A stretch of 35,221 nt of DNA from an uncultured Gammaproteobacteria bacterium. Lineage in GTDB: Bacteria > Patescibacteriota > Patescibacteriia > Magasanikbacterales > GWA2-37-8. A model generated the notes under the pieces. That model saw nothing but the letters and a program-made list of their open reading frames with translations, did no database searches and was not told the DNA's origin. Every line of letters begins with the position of its first letter. Position 1 is the stretch's first letter. The stretch spans positions 1 through 35,221 of the forward strand of contig CAZUWJ010000004.1 of assembly GCA_964624315.1 (NCBI GenBank), given 5' to 3'. Below, piece by piece: positions 1-7,938 of this stretch. A program made the translations under genes and the position numbers.

Positions 1-2
1 GC

Positions 3-1082
<1,080 letters not shown>

Positions 1083-1095
1083 TTAGATTATAAAA

Positions 1096-1130
1096 TGTCA
1101 TCCTAAAAAAACAGAATGACCGAAGGGTCT
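1096..1130. repeat. Degenerate REP-like relic
   Basis: TGTCATCCT...AGAATGAC-CGAAGGGTCT resembles the arms of the element at 1335-1402. Confidence 0.45.
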
Positions 1131-1132
1131 AT

Positions 1133-1162
1133 AAAAAAACCTCTCTGCAAAGAGAGGTTTTT
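1133..1162 (+). terminator. Intrinsic terminator after gyrB
   Basis: AAAAACCTCTCT-GCAA-AGAGAGGTTTTT. Confidence 0.85.
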
Positions 1163-1175
1163 AAATTTTAAGAGT

Positions 1176-1221
1176 AAAAGAAACTATAGTTTAAACTGTA
1201 GTTAAAACTATAGTTTCTTTT
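1176..1221. repeat. Triple 12-bp palindrome, copy 1
   Basis: AAAAG-AAACTATAGTTT-AAACTGTAGTTA-AAACTATAGTTT-CTTTT; inverted copy at 20273-20318. Confidence 0.9.
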
Positions 1222-1263
1222 ATTACATCTATGAGCGAGATTTGCCTTCCAATAAAAGGGGTA

Positions 1264-1323
1264 TTGTCATTCTGATCCGCCAGGTGGCGGAGAAGAATCT
1301 AAAGTCGTAGCATAAGATCCTTC
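1264..1323. repeat. REP-like element class A, truncated, with internal TCCGCC/GGCGGA hairpin
   Basis: TTGTCATTCTGA[TCCGCCAGGTGGCGGA]GAAGAATCT-loop-AGATCCTTC; tandem with the next copy. Confidence 0.8.
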
Positions 1324-1334
1324 TAGGTAGGATA

Positions 1335-1402
1335 TTGTCATCCTGAGGTATCGAAGGATCTAGAGCTGTGGCATAAGATCCTTCGATTCCTCAGGATGAC
1401 AA
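1335..1402. repeat. REP-like palindromic element class A
   Basis: TTGTCATCCTGAGGTATCGAAGGATCT-14 nt-AGATCCTTCGATTCCTCAGGATGACAA; second full copy at 20137-20202. Confidence 0.9.
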
Positions 1403-1426
1403 TTTGTCTTGATTGGTAATTAGGAT

Positions 1427-1462
1427 AAAAAAACACCCCCGAACACGAATTGTGCCGGGGGT
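1427..1462 (-). terminator. Terminator-like hairpin on the minus strand with no associated gene
   Basis: A7 followed by CACCCCCG...CGGGGGTG. Confidence 0.5.
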
Positions 1463-1497
1463 GGTGAGAAAGTGGATATCGCCCTGTGGACAAAGAC

Positions 1498-1526
1498 TTG
1501 ACTTTTTTAAACAAATCTACTATACT
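1498..1526 (+). promoter_or_regulatory. Sigma70 promoter for secE-nusG-rplK
   Basis: TTGACT-17 bp-TATACT. Confidence 0.8.
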
Positions 1527-1570
1527 ACTATCAATAAATGGCCAGCAGGCTGTTTTTAAATAGAAAAAAT

Positions 1571-1768
1571 ATGAAATTATTTAAACAACTAAAAGACTAT
1601 CTTGTAGGTGCATACGCAGAAATGAGAAAAGTAACTTGGCCTACAAAAAAACAAACCATTAATTATAGTATCGCTGTGGCTGTCTTAAGCCTGGGCATGG
1701 CTATATTTTTTGGTATTTTAGACTACGGTTTCAGCATCGGTATAGCAGAGTTAATCCAATTATTCTAA
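1571..1768 (+). CDS. secE: Preprotein translocase SecE
   Basis: EMRKVTWPTK plus one TM helix; lies upstream of nusG; alternative start at 1538. Confidence 0.95.
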   Translation: MKLFKQLKDYLVGAYAEMRKVTWPTKKQTINYSIAVAVLSLGMAIFFGILDYGFSIGIAELIQLF

Positions 1769-1772
1769 AACT

Positions 1773-2318
1773 ATGGCCAAACAAACATTAGATCTGGGTC
1801 GTCGCTGGTATGTATTACACACTTACAGTGGTTACGAAGAAAACGTAAAACACAACCTAGAACAAAGGGTAGAATCTTTTGATATGCAAGATAAAATTTT
1901 TAATGTCTTGGTTCCAAAAGAAAAAAAGATTAAAATAAAAAATGGTAAAAGAACAGTAATAGAAGAAAAAATATTTCCTGGTTATATTATGGTAGAAATG
2001 ATAGTAACTGATGATTCTTGGTATGTTGTTCGCAACACTCCAAATGTAACTGGTTTTGTTGGTTCTGGTACCACCCCTACTCCGATTGATCAAAAAGAAG
2101 TTGATTCATTATTAAAAAGAACTCAAGCCGAAGAACCAGAACATAAAATCGATGTTGATATTAATGATTTGGTTAGAATTACTGATGGTCCATTTAAAAA
2201 CTTTGAAGGAAAAGTATCTAACGTGGACAATGAAAGAGGTCGTGTTAAAGTATTGGTTTCTATGTTTGGACGCGAAACACCAGTAGAACTAGATGCTTTG
2301 CAGGCTAAGAAAATATAA
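1773..2318 (+). CDS. nusG: Transcription factor NusG
   Basis: WYVLHTYSGYE, FPGYI, RNTPNVTGFVG, KOW domain, FGRETPVEL. Confidence 0.98.
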   Translation: MAKQTLDLGRRWYVLHTYSGYEENVKHNLEQRVESFDMQDKIFNVLVPKEKKIKIKNGKRTVIEEKIFPGYIMVEMIVTDDSWYVVRNTPNVTGFVGSGTTPTPIDQKEVDSLLKRTQAEEPEHKIDVDINDLVRITDGPFKNFEGKVSNVDNERGRVKVLVSMFGRETPVELDALQAKKI

Positions 2319-2326
2319 ATAAAAAA

Positions 2327-2360
2327 ATTGTTGTCCTTTTAAAAGGAGCTTCTCAACAAT
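2327..2360 (+). promoter_or_regulatory. Bulged hairpin in the rplK leader
   Basis: ATTGTTG-TCCTTTT/AAAAGGA-GCTTCT-CAACAAT, 14 nt before the rplK ATG. Confidence 0.5.
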
Positions 2361-2374
2361 AGAATAATAAAAAT

Positions 2375-2794
2375 ATGGCAAAATTATTAACACAAATAAA
2401 ATTACAAATTCAAGGCGGTGCTGCTAACCCAGCCCCTCCAGTTGGTCCAGCTTTGGGTCAACATGGTTTAGCTATCCAAGATTTTTGTACTCAGTTTAAC
2501 AGTGCTACTGCTGATAAAAAAGGAGAACTAGTACCAGTAGTTATTAATGTTTACGAAGATAGAACTTTTAGCTTTATTACCAAAACTGCTCCAGCTTCTG
2601 AACTAGTTAAAAAAGCAGCTAATATTAAAAAAGGTTCTAGTAACCCTTTAAAAGATAAGGTTGGTAAAATTACCAAAGCTCAAATAAAAGAAATCGCTGA
2701 AAAGAAAATGCCTGATTTAAATGCTAACACCATTGAAGCAGCCATGAAAATCATCGAAGGAACAGCTAGACAAATGGGTGTAAAAGTTGAATAA
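2375..2794 (+). CDS. rplK: 50S ribosomal protein L11
   Basis: [29 protein letters not shown]. Confidence 0.98.
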   Translation: MAKLLTQIKLQIQGGAANPAPPVGPALGQHGLAIQDFCTQFNSATADKKGELVPVVINVYEDRTFSFITKTAPASELVKKAANIKKGSSNPLKDKVGKITKAQIKEIAEKKMPDLNANTIEAAMKIIEGTARQMGVKVE

Positions 2795-2806
2795 ACAAAA
2801 ATATTT

Positions 2807-2844
2807 AAAAAAACAAAATCCTCTATTGAGGATTTTGTTTTTTT
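2807..2844 (+). terminator. Intrinsic terminator after rplK
   Basis: AAAAAAACAAAATCCTC-TATT-GAGGATTTTGTTTTTTT. Confidence 0.88.
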
Positions 2845-2854
2845 AGTATAGAAT
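2826..2854 (+). promoter_or_regulatory. Possible promoter overlapping the terminator
   Basis: TTGAGG-17 bp-TAGAAT. Confidence 0.45.
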
Positions 2855-2890
2855 AGTTATTATATTTAAAAATTCTGAAATACCAAAACC

Positions 2891-3523
2891 ATGAAAAATA
2901 AATACATTGACATTATTACTGCCCTATTTGTAACCACCCTTATTTTATCAAATATCACTAGTGCCAAAATAGTCGGCATAAAATTCATCAGCTTTGACGG
3001 TGGAACAATTTTATTTCCTTTGGCTTATATTCTAGGCGATGTACTAACTGAAATATATGGATACGCTCGCGCCCGCCGAGTTATCTGGATCGGTTTTTTT
3101 ATGAATATACTTATGGTCACAACTTTTTGGTTAGTAGGCGCCCTACCATCTGACCCAAGTTGGGGTGGGCAAGAATCCTACAACGCTATTTTAGGAGTAG
3201 TGCCCAGAATTGTGCTCGGAAGTTTAGTAGCTTATTTAGCTGGAGAAATCAGCAATAGTCTAGTTTTGGCAAAACTAAAAGCCAAAACCAATGGCAAATA
3301 TTTTTGGTTACGCGCCATTGGATCAACTGTGGTTGGTCAATTTTTAGATACTACTATATTTTTATTAATTGCTTTTGCCGGCATACTACCCTGGAGTTTA
3401 ATATTGACAATCTGGCTTACAAATTATATATTTAAAATAGGAATAGAAATTGTAATGTTACCAATAACATACAAGATTATAAACAAACTAAAGATTGCTA
3501 ATAAAGCACCTTTACAAACTTAG
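2891..3523 (+). CDS. yhhQ: Queuosine precursor transporter (YhhQ/VUT, DUF165 family)
   Basis: SNITSAK, FPLAYILGDVLTEIYGY..ARR, RIVLGSLVAY, WLRAIGSTVVGQFLDT. Confidence 0.9.
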   Translation: MKNKYIDIITALFVTTLILSNITSAKIVGIKFISFDGGTILFPLAYILGDVLTEIYGYARARRVIWIGFFMNILMVTTFWLVGALPSDPSWGGQESYNAILGVVPRIVLGSLVAYLAGEISNSLVLAKLKAKTNGKYFWLRAIGSTVVGQFLDTTIFLLIAFAGILPWSLILTIWLTNYIFKIGIEIVMLPITYKIINKLKIANKAPLQT

Positions 3524-3533
3524 GGAGAATACA

Positions 3534-3846
3534 ATGCATGCTCTTTTATTAATAGCCGCCGGATCAATAGCCCTTTTTTCCATCTTTAAAAATCTTGCCC
3601 TTGGATGGTCACTAGAACACCCTTACAGAGGTGGAGCAAAAAAAACTCAGGCAGGCCAAAGAAGTAATGAGAGAACCAATGGCCTCAATCCTACTGGCCA
3701 GCATTGCGGTTCCTCTCCTATCTTTAGCACTAGGAAACTACCATATACTAAGGTTTGACCAATTCATCACACATTTCATAATATTTTGTTTTGTCACCAT
3801 TATAAATTGGGCGGCTACAAAAAGGCTGAACGAAATATTAGACTAA
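3534..3846 (+). pseudogene. Small membrane protein split by a frameshift in an A8 tract
   Basis: GGGAG SD and ATG at 3534; removing one A at 3638-3645 fuses the two ORFs into 103 aa with about 3 TM helices; terminator follows. Confidence 0.6.
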
Positions 3847-3859
3847 ACCAATGTTCAAA

Positions 3860-3890
3860 AGACGACCCTGCGTGGGTCGTCTATTTTTTT
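3860..3890 (+). terminator. Intrinsic terminator, likely bidirectional
   Basis: AGACGACCC-TGCGT-GGGTCGTCT then T run, between convergent genes. Confidence 0.8.
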
Positions 3891-3907
3891 AATTTTATAA
3901 AATAAAC

Positions 3908-4186
3908 TTAAACAGCTTCTTTAACTTCATCTTCTGCTCCGCTATCATTATCTTCCTTTAATAGCCTATCTATATTACCCCACGCCTTATTAAGTTCTTC
4001 TTTAGTGGTGGGCAACTCAGGTTTTTTAGATTTAAATTCGTCTATTTGTTTTTTTCCAGGTAGTTCAGGTCCTCCTAACTTGCCAGTAAAGTGATCAGTT
4101 GCAGCCTTAGGGCCTTTAACTACTTCTTCTTTCTTAGCAACGTCAAATCTACTTTTTTGTTCTTGAGTACGAGGTTTATACACCAT
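3908..4186 (-). CDS. Hypothetical charged protein
   Basis: 92-aa ORF, ATG 10 nt after the queA stop. Confidence 0.7.
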   Translation of the reverse strand: MVYKPRTQEQKSRFDVAKKEEVVKGPKAATDHFTGKLGGPELPGKKQIDEFKSKKPELPTTKEELNKAWGNIDRLLKEDNDSGAEDEVKEAV

Positions 4187-4196
4187 ATATTTAAAA

Positions 4197-5315
4197 TTAT
4201 TTAATTAACATCGCATCACCAAAACTAAAAAATCTATAACTTTGAGACACTGCCTCCTCATAACATTCTAGCATAAATTCTCTATCCCCTGCAAACGCAC
4301 TCACAAGCATCAACAAAGTTGATTTTGGTAAATGAAAATTTGTAATCAGAGCATCCACTACTTCAAATTTAAAACCAGGTGTAATAAATATATTAACTTC
4401 CCCAGTATAAGCTTCTAATAATTCTTTATTATCTGGATTATTTTTTGCCACTGCTTCCAATGTTCTAACTGTGGTTGTCCCAACCGCCACCACTCTCCTA
4501 CCTTCGGCTTTTGCTTTGTTTATAATCTGAACATTTTTATCAGTTAATTCCACCCACTCACTATGCATTTTATGCTCTTCTATCTTTTCTGTTTTAACTG
4601 GTAAAAAAGTGCCCAACCCTACATGCAAAGTCACTTCAGCAAATTCCACGCCTTTTTCTTTTAAAGTTTCTATTATTTCAGAAGTAAAATGAAACCCAGC
4701 TGTGGGTGCAGCCACTGAACCTTCTTTTTCATCACTCGCGTAAACTGTTTGATATTTATTTTCTAAATCAGAACTATTTTTTATAAACTCATTAACATCT
4801 ACATACGGCGGTGTTGGCACTTGTCCATATTTATTAGCTTTTGTTCTAACTACTACATCTTCATCTTTAAAATCTAACAAAACCGTTCCATCTGTTTCTT
4901 TTAAAATTACTTCACCTTCAAAATCAGGAGCAAATACCACTCGCATACCCAAACGAAGTTTACGCCCAGGCTTAGCCAAACATTTCCAAATTCCAAAATT
5001 TTCAACCGGACGAAGTAAAAAAATTTCTACTTCTGGCAAATTAATTATTTTTTCTTGAGGTTTTTGATTATCTAAACCAGTAACATCTTCGTCTAGTTGT
5101 AAAACCCCCAACAAGCGAGCTTTAAAAACTTTGGAATTATTCCAAACCAACAAATCTCCAGCCTGTAAATAATTTATTATGCTAGAAAATTTTGTGTGTT
5201 TAATCTCATGAATATCTTTATCAATTATCATAAGACGAGAGCTATCTCTCGGCACTGCTGGGTATTGAGCAATCATTCCGGCAGGTAAATTGTAATCAAA
5301 ATCACTTGTTTTCAT
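4197..5315 (-). CDS. queA: SAM:tRNA ribosyltransferase-isomerase
   Basis: FDYNLP..IAQYP, YQTVYA, SVAAPTAGFHF, TNFHLPKSTL, YRFFSFGDAM. Confidence 0.97.
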   Translation of the reverse strand: MKTSDFDYNLPAGMIAQYPAVPRDSSRLMIIDKDIHEIKHTKFSSIINYLQAGDLLVWNNSKVFKARLLGVLQLDEDVTGLDNQKPQEKIINLPEVEIFLLRPVENFGIWKCLAKPGRKLRLGMRVVFAPDFEGEVILKETDGTVLLDFKDEDVVVRTKANKYGQVPTPPYVDVNEFIKNSSDLENKYQTVYASDEKEGSVAAPTAGFHFTSEIIETLKEKGVEFAEVTLHVGLGTFLPVKTEKIEEHKMHSEWVELTDKNVQIINKAKAEGRRVVAVGTTTVRTLEAVAKNNPDNKELLEAYTGEVNIFITPGFKFEVVDALITNFHLPKSTLLMLVSAFAGDREFMLECYEEAVSQSYRFFSFGDAMLIK

Positions 5316-5369
5316 AAAATATTTATTAATTAATCCGAAATTGTAATTATTTGAGGCAACCCATAAAAT

Positions 5370-6230
5370 CTATCTCAAATATTTATACACATTAATATTA
5401 TGTCCATCCAAATCAACTGCATAATACATCGTCCCATCTTGGCCGCTCATAAAATACCAATAACTATTGCTCTTGGAATAAATAGTAGCCATAATAGCGT
5501 TTAAACTAGGATTAGCTATCGGCCCAGGAGGAAGCCCAGGATACTCATAGGTATTATACAAGGAATCTACTTGTTTGTCTTCGGCTGAAACTGCGGGAGA
5601 ATTTTTACCAGTAACGTAGTTAACGGTCGCACAAGACTGCAATGCCCAATTAACCCCATTTCTTCTCCAAAAAATATCAGCCACCAAACGCATATCTTCA
5701 TACTCTCGCGCTTCTCTCTCTACTATTGATGCCATGGTCAAAACTTCATAAAAAGTTTTTCCTTGCTTTTTTATTTCAGATAACATTTCTGGGGTTATCT
5801 TTTCGTCTAAATTATAAAAAATTTTATACAAAACATCTTCTAACTCAGAATCTTTATAAATACGGTAAGTATCCGGTATTAAATACCCTTCATAGGTAGT
5901 ATCTTTTGGTCTAGTTTTTAAAATACCAAAAACATCTTCGACATCTTCACCAGTCAAATCAATTATCTCACCCTCATCATACTCACCAACAAATTGTGGA
6001 GCACCTAAAATCTTAAAAAGCTGATCTTTGCTTTCTATCAAACCCAAATTTAACCAGCTCTCTGCAATATTGCCCAAAGTCCAACCAGGAATAATAGTAA
6101 TATTAATTTCTTCTCTAGGGACTATCACTACTGGTTCTGACTTTATTTTTTGATACTGCCAAAAAGCAAAAATAGGGAAAAAAATAAGAACTAACACAGA
6201 GATTATTCTTACTTTGGTGTTAAAATTCAT
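5370..6230 (-). CDS. mltG: Endolytic transglycosylase MltG (YceG family)
   Basis: N-terminal TM helix, EGYLIPDTY, ASIVERE, YNTY..PGLPPGPIANP; start chosen right after the upstream stop. Confidence 0.92.
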   Translation of the reverse strand: MNFNTKVRIISVLVLIFFPIFAFWQYQKIKSEPVVIVPREEINITIIPGWTLGNIAESWLNLGLIESKDQLFKILGAPQFVGEYDEGEIIDLTGEDVEDVFGILKTRPKDTTYEGYLIPDTYRIYKDSELEDVLYKIFYNLDEKITPEMLSEIKKQGKTFYEVLTMASIVEREAREYEDMRLVADIFWRRNGVNWALQSCATVNYVTGKNSPAVSAEDKQVDSLYNTYEYPGLPPGPIANPSLNAIMATIYSKSNSYWYFMSGQDGTMYYAVDLDGHNINVYKYLR

Positions 6231-6231
6231 A

Positions 6232-6759
6232 TCAAAATAATAGTAAGGATAAATAATAACCAAATACTCCCACCAAAGAAGCGGTGGCTAAACCCCCTAC
6301 TATATCAAACGGATAATGAACTCCAGCGTAAACCCTCCCCCAACAAACCCACAAAACCAATGGTAAAATAGACCAAGCAAAAGGCAGGTGAAAAATTAAT
6401 CCACTAAAAAAAATCAAAAAAGAAGTCATAGAATGATCAGACGGAAAAGTTTTCCAATACGAAAGCGGGGTATAAAAAAGCTTAACTTGAGGGTAAGTCT
6501 TGTATGGTCTAGGTTTTTTTAGCAAAAAACCAATCACAGCACTGATAAGTGTCCCCACACACCATAAAAAACAAAAAAAGGCTATCGGTAAAAACACTTG
6601 CATTTTATTTGGCCAAGCTACTACAAAATTAATAGCAATATACCAAATAAACAAAAAAACTATAAGCCACATGGCTCCTGCTCGTGAAAAAGCGTCTAAC
6701 CATTTATTACGGCCCAAAAGCCCATTAATTCTAAAAAGTAGTTTTGTATTATAGTTCAT
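6232..6759 (-). CDS. PAP2 family phosphatase (undecaprenyl-diphosphatase BcrC-like)
   Basis: KPRP, FPSDH, RVYAGVHYPFD; hydrophobic. Confidence 0.9.
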   Translation of the reverse strand: MNYNTKLLFRINGLLGRNKWLDAFSRAGAMWLIVFLFIWYIAINFVVAWPNKMQVFLPIAFFCFLWCVGTLISAVIGFLLKKPRPYKTYPQVKLFYTPLSYWKTFPSDHSMTSFLIFFSGLIFHLPFAWSILPLVLWVCWGRVYAGVHYPFDIVGGLATASLVGVFGYYLSLLLF

Positions 6760-6768
6760 AATACAACT

Positions 6769-6797
6769 ATTTTAACATTTTAAATCAATTTAATCAA
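6769..6797 (-). promoter_or_regulatory. Promoter for PAP2-mltG
   Basis: Minus strand TTGATT-17 bp-TAAAAT with extended TGn. Confidence 0.6.
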
Positions 6798-6809
6798 ACT
6801 CTACTAAAC

Positions 6810-6838
6810 TTGCATTTAAAACTAAAAAATGATACACT
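6810..6838 (+). promoter_or_regulatory. Promoter for the tRNA
   Basis: TTGCAT-17 bp-TACACT with extended TGn. Confidence 0.65.
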
Positions 6839-6859
6839 AATACCGCTTTTTAAACAAAA

Positions 6860-6932
6860 GCGCCTGTAGCTCAGGGGTTAGAGCACCGCTCTTATAAAGC
6901 GGGGGTCGGCGGTTCAATTCCACCCAGGCGCA
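6860..6932 (+). tRNA. tRNA-Ile(UAU)
   Basis: Acceptor GCGCCTG/CAGGCGC, D-stem GCTC/GAGC, anticodon arm CCGCT-CTTATAA-AGCGG, T-loop TTCAATT, discriminator A; CCA not encoded. Confidence 0.93.
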
Positions 6933-6974
6933 CAAATTTAGGCTGGTTTTACCTAGCCAGACTAATCATTATTT

Positions 6975-7937
6975 ATGTCTTTAAATCAAAAAATAATTAC
7001 TCCTCCAAAATCAGACTCAGCTCGTCTGGATGTTTTTTTATCTGACTACTTAAAAACTAGTCGCAACCAAGTTCAAAAAATGATTGAAAAAAAACAAGTA
7101 AAAATCAATAAAAAATATCCTAAAAAAGCTGGTGCTAGGGTAAAATCAAACGATATAATTATAATAACAGAAGAAAAAAAACCAACTATCGCCCAGAAAA
7201 AGGCTACCCTAAAAAAAGAAAAGAAATTTAAATTTAACCTTATCGCTGAGACTTCAGATTACTTAGTGGTAAACAAACCAGCCGGACAGCTAACTCACCC
7301 TACCTTGGCTGGCGAAACCAATACTTTGGTAAATAATGTCTTAGAAGAATATCCTGAAATCAAAGATGTCGGAGAAGATAAGATTAGACCAGGCATAGTT
7401 CACCGTTTAGACAAGCAAGCTTCCGGCCTCCTTGTTATTGCTAAAAATAATAAAAGTTTTAAAAATTTAAAAAAACAATTTAAAGACAGGGCTGTTGATA
7501 AATACTATAAAGTTTTAGTATATGGCAAAATTGACACCGTGGTTGATATTATAGATTTGCCAATTGTTAGATCAAGAAAACAAGAAAAAATGACTGCCAT
7601 TCCAAAAACTGTAAAAGGACTAGAAACAGACAAAGGCAAAAAAGCTATCACTGAATTTGAAGTTGAAAAAAACTTTATCAATTTTACTTTTCTTGATGTA
7701 AGGCTTTTGACCGGCAGAATGCACCAAATCCGTGTCCACATGCTGTCTTACAATCACCCAGTTGTTGGAGATACATTATATTATCAAAAAAAGAATTTAA
7801 GAGCTAACCATCCTGAAATTAATCGTCTATTTTTACATTGTTATAAATTAGAATTTAAAGATTTAAAAAAAGAACAACAAAGTTTTATCATTAAGCTTCC
7901 CAGTGAACTAAGTAAATTCTTAAAAAATATTAAATAA
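6975..7937 (+). CDS. rluD: RluA/RluD family pseudouridine synthase
   Basis: S4 domain, VNKPAG, RPGIVHRLDK, GRMHQIRVH. Confidence 0.88.
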   Translation: MSLNQKIITPPKSDSARLDVFLSDYLKTSRNQVQKMIEKKQVKINKKYPKKAGARVKSNDIIIITEEKKPTIAQKKATLKKEKKFKFNLIAETSDYLVVNKPAGQLTHPTLAGETNTLVNNVLEEYPEIKDVGEDKIRPGIVHRLDKQASGLLVIAKNNKSFKNLKKQFKDRAVDKYYKVLVYGKIDTVVDIIDLPIVRSRKQEKMTAIPKTVKGLETDKGKKAITEFEVEKNFINFTFLDVRLLTGRMHQIRVHMLSYNHPVVGDTLYYQKKNLRANHPEINRLFLHCYKLEFKDLKKEQQSFIIKLPSELSKFLKNIK

Positions 7938-7938
7938 T

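Noticed and set aside
1264-1402. Tandem repeats as a possible CRISPR array
   Set aside because: Only two units, the spacers are homologous to each other, the arms are inverted, and no cas genes are present
1083-1537. Replication origin near gyrB
   Set aside because: Only one near-consensus DnaA box, no dnaA or dnaN, and no visible skew switch
2845-2890. preQ1 riboswitch upstream of yhhQ
   Set aside because: No recognisable preQ1 aptamer stem-loop in this short AT-rich leader
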